Source of the DNA: Macrostomum hystrix
Lineage: Eukaryota > Animalia > Platyhelminthes
Assembly: GCA_950097015.1 (NCBI GenBank)
Contig: CATNEN010000033.1
Location: 3,162,001 to 3,226,000, forward strand
DNA length: 64,000 nucleotides
Reading direction: 5' to 3'
The notes beneath the pieces were generated by a model. The model had not been told where the DNA came from. It saw nothing but the letters and a program-made list of their open reading frames with translations, and searched no databases. This document shows positions 51,716 through 63,809 of this stretch, in pieces; position 1 is the stretch's first letter; each line of letters opens with the position of its first letter. The position numbers and the translations under genes were made by a program.

Positions 51716-53689
51716 ACCTCATACTAGTAATGTTAAATAATTAAAAAAAGTGATAAGCATAATAGTCCCCAATATAATAGTTGTCTTTTTTCATACTCGT
51801 AGTGTCACTAACAGTAGCTTTCTTATGTAGTTGTAAAGCATTTTAAAGTAAAACAATGAGCAATAAATTACTAATTTAGAATTAACAGCTCTACATGATC
51901 TTTCTATAGCCTACCTAACCATATATGTATAAAAAACTCTTTAGGCCTAATTACAATTGCATTTTCCAAAAATAGCTAGGGCCTAGGCAACCTACCTTAC
52001 AGCCCCTAATGATTCATGCTAATGGCATTGAAAGTGACAAATTTTAAGGCAAATTCTGTCAAATGTATAGCATTTGGAGGCTCTCTTTGAGGCTGTCTTG
52101 AGGCTCTCCAAAAGCCATAAAATATCACTTACATTAAAACTTTTTCTTATATTTTTTATCTAATTATGTCTTGGCTTTAACCATTTGACACAATTAGGCC
52201 TATTATTGTCCAATTTTATACTAGCTCTACTAGCTGACTGGCTATTAGAATTTTTAATACTCAGTCTTTTTTTAGCATTTCAAGCATGTTTATATTTTGT
52301 TACTCACTTGATGCAATTAGTTCTCTTATTTTTAAACAGTTGTATTATTACAAGTTTCGAAAAAGGTAGCTATGGAAGGATTGCCCATAGCTAGTCACTG
52401 TTAGGTCAAAAATAAAGCAGATTGTATTATTTATAGTTATCAATAGGCCTACACTATATAATATAAACTATAGGGATTATAGCCGATGGCCGATGGGCAA
52501 AGTTATATATTGCTTTTTAAACTAGAAGTAGTTTCTTTTTTTGTTTTAGTATTATGCATGAAACTAACATGTCCTTATTGACCCACTAATATGGTTAACT
52601 ATCTGTTGATTTACAACTATTATGTCTAACTTTACTTAGTCAAGCTACACCTAAATCTAGGAGTAGCTAGGCCTATTATAAAGCAACGTGCCAACGTTCA
52701 TGATTTTGGAATTAGTAATAAGTAGGCCTAAGGGCTAAAGAAATTTTTGAGAATGTTAACTTTTTTACAGAGGACTGTCAATAACTATAAATGGTGCAAT
52801 GAATTCCAACATAAACGGAAGCAGCCATTGTGCACAAAGTCTAAAGTACAGTTTTAGATTCGTTGAAATAATTCTCCTAAGTTGAACTTAAGAATATTGC
52901 GTTATCGATTGTAAGAAATATCTCTGATACTTAAATTAATTATGCATTGTCATAGCATAACAAATTTGGTATCACTAGAAGCATTCATATAAGAAACTTC
53001 ACAGAAAAGTGCGTTTCGAAAGTTAAATTTTACCAAATATTTCATACTTTATGCACTTTGGCAAGCTAAGTATTTAGATTACCTTAATGAAAAAGGAAAT
53101 ATTAATCGTAATAACATTTTTAGTCCTTGCAATAACTCAAGTTAAATATTATTTATTAAAGCGCTCATTTAAATACTTTTTTCAACCTAAATCATTTAAT
53201 CGTTGTCATTGATTTTCCTTTTTGTACATTTCTGTACGGATATATACGTATATTAGTTTTCAAAAGCGAAACGTTAGAATATTTTTTCTTGTACATTGTT
53301 TCAAATCGATGAAGAGAAATTTCTTTCAAGTTTCTATGATTTTTTATCGATGATTTTCTACTCGACCTCTTGGGGCCAAATATTTTCCGTTGCAGCGGAT
53401 CAATCAAGATTAAGAGTTTGCCTTTCCACATCTCATTGACGTCGAAGAAGTTTTTGTTGTTAAACTTAATCTGATCCAAACAAATTTTGGATCAGCCCTG
53501 AATAGGGCTCTGTCGCAGAAAGTGAGTCTTATGGCATACGAGGAATAGAGGGCCGGGATTAATTTAGGTCTCCCCAGCCTAGGACTGCTTGGGTACATCG
53601 CCACGTCACCAATGGGACCTGCGGTCTAGTATAGGAACGCCTCAGGATCTCAACCCCCCGAGAGCCCAGGACGCCTCGAGCCAACACGC

Positions 53690-54110
53690 TTGAATGAGGT
53701 AAAGCTATGGAGCGCCTACTTCAAGAGCCAGTTGATCGACACCTGACCTGAGGCCGTAGACAATGCCGGACAAAGGGAGGGCATGGGAAGCGCTCTTACA
53801 AGAGCTAGGAACACAAAAGGATTAGAGGATTGAACTTCAGGGCAAGAGCCCCGAGGGACAGACCATCAACCAAGAGGCGATGCGCATAGCAACAGCTATA
53901 ACGCTAGGTCGCCCACCCTAGAATACGAGTATTGGAGGCCGCCAGCCGAGGCCAGCCCGCAGGGAAGCAAGACCATCTGGAAGACGCTCTTACATGGGCT
54001 GCAACCGAAGTTGCTAGACTGGCTTCTGGGGAGCAGTGCCGCAACCGATTTCGGACCCGGGACCGCGACCAGTTCGAGGGAACCAACTTCCTCGGGGCGC
54101 CAGCCCCCCA
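53690..54110 (+). mobile_element. Second decayed gag-like retroelement relic
   Basis: Broken frames read AWEALLQELGTQKD*RIELQGKSPEGQTINQEAMRIATAI and KTIWKTLLHGLQPKLLDWLL, resembling retrotransposon gag capsid helices, in a GC-rich island within AT-rich DNA. Confidence 0.45.
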
Positions 54111-54188
54111 AAAAACTGACATGACGGCAGGTAAGGCCCACCGACTGGGCGGGGCCGGGACCGACGGCAACGGGAGCGGAATCAGGAT

Positions 54189-54371
54189 CAGGGAAGGCAC
54201 TCGGGTGTCAGGGAAGGCACTCGGGTGTCAGGGAAGGCACTCGGGTGTCAGGGAAGGCACTCGGGTGTCAGGGAAGGCACTCGGGTGTCAGGGAAGGCAC
54301 TCGGGTGTCAGGGAAGGCACTCGGGTGTCAGGGAAGGCACTCGGGTGTCAGGGAAGGCTCTCAGGTGTCTG
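54189..54371. repeat. 20-bp minisatellite (CAGGGAAGGCACTCGGGTGT)n
   Basis: About 9 copies. Confidence 0.95.
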
Positions 54372-54564
54372 GGAACGTCCAGCACGCCATGAGTTTCGAT
54401 ACATTTCGAACAGACGCGTCTGTTAGTCTCGCTTAAGAAAACGTATTTGAGTTACAGTCCGACGATAAGACGCTGTCTGTCCGTTCCCTCTCTTTCTCTC
54501 TGCTTTTTCTTGTTTGTCTGTTGGTAAACAGTGGTAGACAGTGCCAACAGCGGATGACACCTGT

Positions 54565-54683
54565 CTCTATGCCAGTTCTATTTTTATAAAATTCATTGCA
54601 GCTGCGACTGCTGCGACTGAATGAGCTTTTTTTTTCAACAACTCTTTAGAATATGGGGCCACAAAACAATGTCTTTCGATTCG
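54565..54683 (+). repeat. Dispersed ~120-bp repeat, copy 1
   Basis: Near-identical to 57939-58064 (CTCTATGCCAGTTCTA...ATTCATTGCAGCTGCGACTGCTGCGACTG...GTCTTTCGATTCG). Confidence 0.92.
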
Positions 54684-54842
54684 AACACAAACAAGTTAAA
54701 GAACGAATTGCTTAGCTGCTCAGACTTAGGGCCTTCTGTGCTCAGCTGGAGTATCTAGCATATTCAATAGTTAAGGAGTCGAGCGAGACAGAGAGACAGG
54801 TGCAGTTGCTACCGATGTGGAATGACAAACCCGTGCCAGCCA

Positions 54843-54937
54843 CACGTGCTGCATACCTGGCCAGCCTCTCGCGTGCTGCATACCTGCCTCTCACGTGTTA
54901 CCCATCACCCAGACAAAGCGTGGGTCTGTATTTATAA
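54843..54937 (+). promoter_or_regulatory. Putative promoter of the secreted peptide gene: two CACGTG E-boxes, duplicated CGTGCTGCATACCTG and a TATA box
   Basis: CACGTG at 54843 and 54892, 15-bp direct repeat at 54845 and 54872, TATTTATAA at 54929-54937. Confidence 0.5.
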
Positions 54938-55039
54938 GGTGCTGCAAAAGGCGGCGGCGGAATCCAAGGGCTCCCACTCTACAAGCCTCCAGCAACAGAT
55001 TTCGAGTGAAAAGCAGCTTTGGCTAGAAAAGCAACAGCA

Positions 55040-55312
55040 ATGAAGTGGCAATTCGCGCTCGCCCTGCTATTCTGCCTAGCAACAGCGGCTGTTGTTGCCT
55101 CCCCGGCTCAGGAGCCCGAGGAAGAGGCTGAGGACAGTCTGAACAGCAGCCAGGACCAGGACCTGCAGGCGGCCGGCCTGAATGAACTAGCCGAGCCGGA
55201 CCTCGCTGAAGCGGCCGCTGACGAGAAAGAGCCAGTGAGCTCCAAGTGGTTCCTGCGTCGACGCCGATTCTTCCGCAGGCGCAGGCACGTGTATGTGCAC
55301 TACTACTATTGA
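55040..55312 (+). CDS. Secreted prepropeptide, 90 aa: signal peptide, acidic prodomain and Arg/aromatic-rich C-terminus (candidate antimicrobial peptide)
   Basis: MKWQFALALLFCLATAAVVA signal peptide, prodomain with 15 D/E, C-terminus WFLRRRRFFRRRRHVYVHYYY. GC-rich coding-like composition and a TATA box about 100 bp upstream. Confidence 0.8.
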   Translation: MKWQFALALLFCLATAAVVASPAQEPEEEAEDSLNSSQDQDLQAAGLNELAEPDLAEAAADEKEPVSSKWFLRRRRFFRRRRHVYVHYYY

Positions 55313-56037
55313 GTAGTGAATCGCACACTTCCCAGATGAGGATCAGCAACTGCTGCTATTGTTTAACGCGTATTCAATTCCAAGTTATTAATACTCTTAT
55401 TATCCTATTCCAACTTTTGTCGAGCACTGCTTGGCCAGATAACGGAATAAAATATGTTAGTCTGTTAGTGCAGCTTCACGAAATCATTTTTTTATCTTTG
55501 TGTATTTATGAAAGAGTTGTTATAAAAAGTTTTTCGTGTTGAACCGCAACAAGTATTATCGTACTAAGAATCTAAAAGAGTTGAAAAGTTGGTGCCTCGA
55601 CATTTTTTCAGTATGTTATTTGGTACAGGACCAGGTATTCAGCCTGGTAATTGTGACGTGTGGGCGAGGCCTGCCTGCAATGTGAAACTACGTATTTCAA
55701 TATCGTGTCGATAAAGCAGTGTAAAGCATAGCAGAGGTCAAATCACTTGTTGCACAATTAATTTGTAAAATAAGATGGATGCATTGCAGACCAGGGGATA
55801 ATTGAAGGGAGGAACTAGCAGGTTGCAGGAGCATTAACAAGGAACTACTGAAACACCGAAACAAACAAAAATGTTAGAGGCCTTAGCAACGGCAAACTGG
55901 TGCTAGCGATGAAAGACCATGCCTAAGCTTAAGGAATAGTCATACGAGTAGAACAGTGTTTCCATGGAGCCTTTAACTGTTTTGTTTCGCGTCCCGGTGC
56001 TTTAGTTGACCCTGATAAATATTAATATTTTTATCAC

Positions 56038-58268
56038 TCACGACAGCAAATTTCCATAGTAAAATTTTATCCTGGGAAAGCGCTCGGTAATGTTAAAGAG
56101 GCCCCAAATATTGAAATTATTTTCCGGGTAGCCCAGATGCATAAACCGATGAAAGGCGACCGTATTCCCAGTTGCCTTCTCTCGCTTCCATGATCCGGCG
56201 CGAATTATTTGGCGGCAGATGTTGTAGTTCACAGAGAACCTTCGGTTACGCATCCGATCCCTCCTATTGGCTGAGCCGGATTCGAGTCCTGTCATGCGAG
56301 AAACCATTTTTATAGTTTTGTGTAACTCCTGATCAAGCTTAAATATGTCCAACAATCCCCTTCAATACAACTTTAACTAACAAAGAGATCCACAGTGGAC
56401 AAGCCGGCGGAATGGATCCAGATGGAAATCTATCGATAACAAAAATGGGATAAAAAGTTCTACTTTACAGGGATAACATATTTCCTACGTTTGACATTGA
56501 TGCCCTATTTGATTCTAAATTTAGACATGAGATAATAAATTATCCCCCATCGATAGTGAAAAATCGATCAGGCAGAAAATCTTAAGAAGTGTTAGTTAGA
56601 CTGCTCTGCCACTCACCCCTGAGTGAGCTGATTCTTTGTTAAAAAATGACCCCAGTTGGTAAATTGTCCCCATTGAGCAAACTATCCCCAGTTAGCAGCT
56701 TATTCCCAGTTAGCTAATTTTGCTAGTTATCTCTTCAACTAAAAGCGTGATTTCGGTTTGCTTGCTGGCAAATAAATAACCTCGCAGTTTCTTTCCCTAT
56801 ATCCCTAGATTTGCGCCACAGTTTGAGTAGGCATTCCCTCAGCCTCATTAGTGCGAGAGATGTATTCCTGCGACCTCACCCCCGAGCCTGGCCCGGCAGA
56901 TCCTCGCCAGGTGAGCGCGCGGTTCAACAAAGCCGGAAAAATAATCCCAGCCCAACAGGGCGACTTCCTCGTCCTCGGCGACCAGGCGTCCTCGCCGCCG
57001 CGAGAGCCATAGCTGGTAGACAGCCGTGAGCATGCCGGGTCCAGTTGCTGAGTAGGCCGCAGTCGGCCTTACCAAACTGTCCCGAGCGGCCTCATTAACT
57101 TGCATTTGTTGGGCCACGAACGCGAAGAACGGGTGTCCCGGTACGGAGCCCATCGCGCTGTTCATGACGGCCAGCTGGGTCTGCCACACCACCGCCGTCT
57201 GGTCCGTGCGCTCCCGATCCAGAAAGGCCGAGAAGTTGGACAGCGTCGGGTAGAACGGCTTCACGCACTCAACGTCCAGGTCGATGTAAACGCCTGCAGA
57301 TTTGGTGGGCTTCTGTGTGTAAACGCCTGCAGATTTGGTGGGCTTCCGTGTGTAAACGCCTGCAGATTTGGTGGGCTTCTGTGTGTAAACGCCTGCAGAT
57401 TTGGTGGGCTTCCGTGCTTCAGTGAATCGACTTGAGAGCATTGAGAATACATTTTTATCTGGGGTCGGGTGGCGGAGCGGTGAAGAGTCTGTATCTCACA
57501 TCAACGTCCAGAGTTCGAATCTGCGGAAAGGCCGCATTCATTTCGCCCTCGCCCTCGCACTTGCCTTTGAATCGGCCTTAGACAACAGCCTCACCTCCCA
57601 GGTGGTGCAGTATGAGGTATCTGGCAGCATCGGAGCGCATGAGGTCGCTGGCGAAGGCCTCGAACAGTTTGGCCATGCTGGGGAAGTGCAGCCGGATCGG
57701 CTGCCTGACGTCCGAGTCACGCCACAGATAGACAGTCCAATCCGGGTTGAAGTGCAGGCAGGAGCTGATCAGAGGCGAGTAGTTTGAGAACACTTCTCCA
57801 CTTTTGAAAACGTAGTGCAGCAGCTTCGGCATTCTGCTTCTGTGGCTGCTGCGGGCACACCCAGGTCCTCGCTCGCAAAGGTTCGTGGATTTATTTCTTG
57901 GCTAAAGTTTTCAGCAAGAAATTAGTTTGAGCTCAATACTCTATGCCAGTTCTACAAGGGTATATTTATAAAAATTCATTGCAGCTGCGACTGCTGCGAC
58001 TGAATGAGCTTTTTTTCAACAACTCTTTAGAATATAGGGCCACAAAACAATGTCTTTCGATTCGTGTTTTTTAGTTTTGGTGCGTACAAAATCAATTTCT
58101 GTAACTCTGAATGGATAAATTGATTTGGTAAGATTTACGCACCAAAGAAAATAAAAATGACGAAATCAGCAGAAGCAGCAGAAGCAGCAACAGAAGGCTG
58201 CAACTCGAAAACGTCTTCCGAAAAAATTTAACGGCACACTGACAAATTCGATTTCTGGTCAAAATCAT
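56038..58268 (-). CDS. Type II membrane DxD glycosyltransferase (Gly_transf_sug / Och1-Sur1-like, GT32), 365 aa, 4 exons
   Basis: Exons 58268-58143 (signal anchor SLLLLLLLLLLISSFLFSL), 57901-57595, 57293-56880 and 56288-56038, phases 0,1,1. MPKLLHYVF, RSDAARYLILHHLGG|VYIDLD, PGHPFF, ATGPGMLT and C-terminal AFHRFMHLGY. Confidence 0.88.
57286..57415. repeat. 33-bp tandem repeat (4 copies) spanning the glycosyltransferase exon 3 acceptor
   Basis: Each copy contains ccaaatctgcag|GCGTTTACA on the minus strand. Possible exon starts at 57392, 57359, 57326 and 57293. Confidence 0.95.
57939..58064 (+). repeat. Dispersed ~120-bp repeat, copy 2 (in glycosyltransferase intron 1)
   Basis: Direct repeat of 54565-54683 with small indels. 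Confidence 0.92.
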
Positions 58269-58605
58269 TGTCCAAATTTTTACTATTAACCAGCTGTAGC
58301 CTAGATCTTTTTAGACACCACTTAAAATTCATCCCATCAATGTTTTATATTGGCAAGGGAGTTAAAAATGGGTTGCTAATTAATTTCTTCCATCAGGGAT
58401 TAGATTAAAGGATGAATAATTTATTTTTAGACAGTAGCCGCTGATGCACGAAAGTTAGACATGAAATTCCAGGTTAGTGCCCAGATTTCTACTGAGTAAA
58501 AGCAAATTGATTCCGTTAATACAATCATTAGTGTTCAATATTCAGTAGTAACAACTGCATTTACCAGTACGTAATTTACCACCCTTCAACCATACCACAT
58601 CTCTC

Positions 58606-61064
58606 AATCGTACCATCTTTCAAACATACCATATTCAATCGTACCATCTTTCAATCGTACCATCTTTCAATCGTACCATATTCAATCGTGCCATATTCAA
58701 TCGTACCATATTCAATCGTGCCATATTCAATCGTACCATATTCAATCGTGCCATATTCAATCGTACCATATTCAATCGTGCCATATTCAATCGTGCCATA
58801 TTCAATTGTGCCATCTTTCAATCGTACCATCTTTCAATCGTGGCATTTTCAATCGTACCATATTCAATCGTACCATCTTTCAATCGTACCATCTTTCAAT
58901 CGTACCATCTTTCAATCGTACCATCTTTCAATCGTACCATCTTTCAATCGTACCATGTTTCAATCGTACCATCTTTCAATCGTACCATCTTTCAATCGTA
59001 CCATCTTTCAATCGTACCATCTTTCAATCGTACCATCTCTCAATCGTACCATCTTTCAATCGTACCATCTTTCAATCGTACCATCTTTCAATCGTACCAT
59101 CTTTCAATTGTACTATCTTTCAATCGTACCATCTTTCAATCGTACCATCTTTCAATCGTACCATCTTTCAATCGTACCATCTTTCAATCGTACTATCTTT
59201 CAATCGTACCATCTTTCAATCGTGCCATATTCAATCGTGCCATCTTTCAATCGTACCATCTTTCAATCGTACCATCTTTCAATCGTGCCATATTCAATCG
59301 TGCCATCTTTCAATCGTACCATCTTTCAATCGTACCATCTTTCAATCGTGTCATATTCAATCGTGCCATCTTTCAATCGTGCCATCTTTCAATCGTACCA
59401 TCTTTCAATCGTGCCATATTCAATCGTGCCATCTTTCAATCGTACCATCTTTCAATCGTGCCATATTCAATCGTGCCATCTTTCAATCGTACCATCTTTC
59501 AATCGTACCATCTTTCAATCGTACCATCTTTCAATCGTACCATCTTTCAATCGTACCATCTTTCAATCGTACCATCTCTCAATCGTACCATCTTTCAATC
59601 GTACCATCTTTCAATCGTACCATCTTTCAATCATACCATCTTTCAATCGTACCATCTTTCAATCGTACCATCTTTCAATCGTACCATCTCTCAATCGTAC
59701 CATCTTTCAATCGTACCATCTTTCAATCGTACCATCTTTCAATCGTACCATCTTTCAATCGTACCATCTCTCAATCGTACCATCTTTCAATCGTGCCATC
59801 TTTCAATCGTACCATCTTTCAATCGTACCATCTTTCAATCGTACCATCTTTCAATCGTACCATCTTTCAATCGTACCATCTTTCAATCGTACCATCTTTC
59901 AATCGTACCATCTTTCAATCGTACCATCTCTCAATCGTACCATCTCTCAATCGTACCATCTTTCAATCGTACCATCTCTCAATCGTACCATCTTTCAATC
60001 GTACCATCTTTCAATCGTACCATCTTTCAATCGTACCATCTCTCAATCGTACCATCTTTCAATCGTACCATCTTTCAATCGTACCATCTTTCAATCGTAC
60101 CATCTTTCAATCGTACCATCTTTCAATCGTACCATCTTTCAATCGTACCATCTTTCAATCGTACCATCTTTCAATCGTACCATCTTTCAATCGTACCATC
60201 TTTCAATCGTACCATCTTTCAATCGTACCATCTTTCAATCGTACCATCTTTCAATCGTACCATCTTTCAATCGTACCATCTTTCAATCGTACCATCTTTC
60301 AATCGTACCATCTTTCAATCGTACCATCTTTCAATCGTACCATCTTTCAATCGTACCATCTTTCAATCGTACCATCTTTCAATCGTACCATCTCTCAATC
60401 GTACCATCTTTCAATCGTACCATCTTTCAATCGTACCATCTCTCAATCGTACCATCTTTCAATCGTACCATCTTTCAATCGTACCATCTTTCAATCGTAC
60501 CATCTTTCAATTGTACCATCTTTCAATCGTACCATCTTTCAATCGTACCATCTTTCAATCGTACCATCTTTCAATCGTACCATCTCTCAATCGTACCATC
60601 TTTCAATCGTACCATCTTTCAATCGTACCATCTTTCAATCGTACCATCTTTCAATCGTACCATCTTTCAATCGTACCATCTTTCAATCGTGCCATATTCA
60701 ATCGTACCATCTTTCAATCGTACCATCTTTCAATCGTACCATCTTTCAATCGTACCATCTTTCAATCGTACCATCTTTCAATTGTACCATCTTTCAATCG
60801 TACCATCTTTCAATCGTACCATCTTTCAATCGTACCATCTTTCAATCGTACCATCTCTCAATCGTACCATCTTTCAATCGTACCATCTTTCAATCGTACC
60901 ATCTTTCAATCGTACCATCTTTCAATCGTACCATCTTTCAATCGTACCATCTTTCAATCGTACCATCTTTCAATCGTGCCATATTCAATCGTACCATCTT
61001 TCAATCGTACCATCTTTCAATCGTACCATCTTTCAATCGTACCATCTTTCAATCGTACCATCTT
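58606..61064. repeat. 16-bp satellite (AATCGTACCATCTTTC)n
   Basis: About 150 copies. Source of the spurious 742-803 aa SIVPSFNRTIFQSYHL ORFs. Confidence 0.98.
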
Positions 61065-62932
61065 GTAATCGTGACGCTAGCCGTGACTCGATTGAGTGAC
61101 ACCAGGCGCACCTTCAGTGAAGAAAAGGCCATGCATGAGTGCAAGAGGACATTATAGTTTGAAATACAAAGGTCACAGGCAGAGTAATCCTCAAAGTCAG
61201 CAAAGCAAGCAGCGATAATGGCTTGTTTTTGCGTAAATCGAGAAATATAGCTTAATAGCTCAAAGGCGAAAGAGTTAAATCGCGCTTTTCAACCACATAG
61301 TAAATTAACTTGCTGACTGTCAACCCGCTACTAGACTTCGTGCTTGTCTGGCAGTCAGTGCGATAATGGAACACTCTCAACAGGAAATGAATTTTCATTT
61401 GCTTCAGGTGCCTCGGAAGCCTCTCTTAGCTATTTCGTTTTGTGTGGGCTACGTTGATTAAGCAACGCTTCGTGCCTTTCTTCCCTTCTTGTCAGTCCCA
61501 TTTTTGGCAGATTTCGCCTGACGAGCAGAGCAAACATTCGAAACGCAGAGCAAATGATTGAGCTCGCAAATACGACCGTCAAGGTCTTTTACCAGTAGAA
61601 ATTTTATTCTTTTTTACGTGTCTACCAAAATATTGAACCATTCGGCATGAAAATCCAGAACACGGGCTAAAATTTTCCGCTCTATTCGATGAAACAACTA
61701 CAGAATCACAGAAAATCGGCATGGTCGAGCTGCTTAACGATTCTCCCCAGGGTGTCTGCTGGCAAAACCCACCAATATAAGCTCACAATATGTCATCATG
61801 TGAGTTAATAGAGTTAGTTTTATTGAATATCTTTACGAACCAATATGGATTGGTTATAGAAGTTTTTTATAGACCAATGTTAGTTGTCCTTGTCACCAGG
61901 GTCTCCGACAAGAATCGTTGAATATCTCGACGATGCTGACATCGCGGACGACTTTCAAAGTTAGTTAGTTGGTCTTAAAGGGCGGAAAAAAATTATCCGT
62001 TTGGTGGACTTTAACGAAAATCTGTCATTCGATTTGGGAGCTATCGGGAAGTGGTTGGGTTGTTTATTTTTGCTGGAAAGGAAAGTACGAGTATAAAAAG
62101 TCTCTTTGTGTTGCATCGTCAGTTTTCTGTCTATATTGGCTGCTTCTATAGTTCAATCAGCGCAGTTGCTTCTGCAGGAATTCTAAACTTGGATGCCAAT
62201 CAAAATAACCAATGATTGCCCAAGAGAAATACACGTGCGACTGTCCCCTGCGGGGGCCATGGCTGTTTTGCGGTGCAAACAAATTAGATGAAAAACGGAA
62301 GACGGCATTGCAGTGAACGGCCATGCCGTCACGCACGGAGCTGCGAAAGTTTGTGTCCTTCCTTACGTTTGCCTGTTTGGACACTGAGGCAGGAACTCGG
62401 AAACGAAAACTTTTCTATTTCTGTTCAGAGAGCCTGGTTTGGGTTGCCAAGCAGCTGAGAGCAGCATTTGCAGCTATTTCCGTCCCTCATCAGCTGTCAC
62501 CGGGGGAATAAGGGCCAGATGGTCTTCTTTCTTGCGGGCATCAGCTGCTGACATCTCGCAGCAGCCATCAAGTAAACTGCAAGTGGAGCCTCCTAAAATA
62601 AGAGTACCGGGCGATATTTGATTTTCGTCAACTTTTATCGGCGAATTTTCAGCCCGGGTGTCAAAACATTGGTCAGCTTCTGTTTATCCCGAGTTCGATA
62701 TTTATAAATACCCTTGAGCTTTTACGAGTGTTCCGCACATTTTTGAGAGCATTCCATGAAATCGTGTATATAGAATAAAACAAATCCATCTTGACAGCAG
62801 ATTGTGGTGCCACAGCCAAGCTGTGCCAAGAATTTAAATTTCCATCTTTAACTCGCACAATAGACTGTGATTGAGTGAGGCCGATCTGGCTGGAATTATT
62901 TGCTCTACAGTGTATTTTCTTGGCATCGGGCC

Positions 62933-63268
62933 GGTTTGACATCGGGACGGTTTGACATCGGGACGGTTTGACATCGGGACGGTTTGACATCGGGACGGTT
63001 TGACATCGGGACGGTTTGACATCGGGACAGTTTTGACATCGGGACGGTTTGACATCGGGACGGTTTGACATCGGGACGGTTTGACATCGGGACGGTTTGA
63101 CATCGGGACGGTTTGACATCGGGACGGTTTGACATCGGGACGGTTTGACATCGGGACGGTTTGACATCGGGATGGTTTGACATCGGGACGGTTTGACATC
63201 GGGACGGTTTGACATCGGGACGGTTTGACATCGGGACGGTTTGACATCATGACGGTTTGACATCGGGA
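62933..63268. repeat. 16-bp minisatellite (TTTGACATCGGGACGG)n
   Basis: About 21 copies. Confidence 0.95.
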
Positions 63269-63809
63269 TTTATCTCTTTGAGGCTCTATTTCAAAGTCTT
63301 GTAATTTTTTACGTCGCGAATTTTAAGTCAGAATTAAAATTGCCTAGAATTCTAATGCGTGCAGCTTCAAGAGCTACTGAAGGCCTCAGTATGGCTGCCA
63401 GTACTGCCAGTTTTAGCAAAAAAACTCTTTCAATCACGCTCGTCTGAAAATTTGGCGCGGGTATATTAAACCAGTTACAGGATGCGGCGCGCACCTTTTC
63501 GGAACGCACCTTATCTTCGTCTGCCTCAACTTCGGAGAAGTGACGCAGCTGAGTTCCTCGGTCTCACCCAACTGCTCACATGCACCTGCACATTCAGCTG
63601 CTCCTCTGAACCAGCGAGCCTTAAGTTTCTCCGACTTCAGCTTCTCTTTGCTCAACCCCATGTTCGTGACGCAGCAAGTAGATTGATAATACCTGCTAAT
63701 TATTGCCTGAACACTTAAATCAAGGACTACTGGAAAAGGACTACTGCTTTTCATTCTGATGGCAAAATTCGTTTGTGATCGATTCCAGCAAAGTCTGCGT
63801 TTCTCGCCA

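Noticed and set aside
53192-53479. 95-aa Lys/Asn-rich minus-strand ORF
   Set aside because: AT-rich, non-ATG start and no motif, so probably a chance ORF or TE debris.
58688-61157. 742-803 aa SIVPSFNRTIFQSYHL ORFs
   Set aside because: Translation of a 16-bp satellite. All three frames give the same peptide, with no start context or unique domain.
61070-63800. Several 60-110 aa ORFs near the window end
   Set aside because: No recognisable domains and no phase-consistent exon chain could be built.
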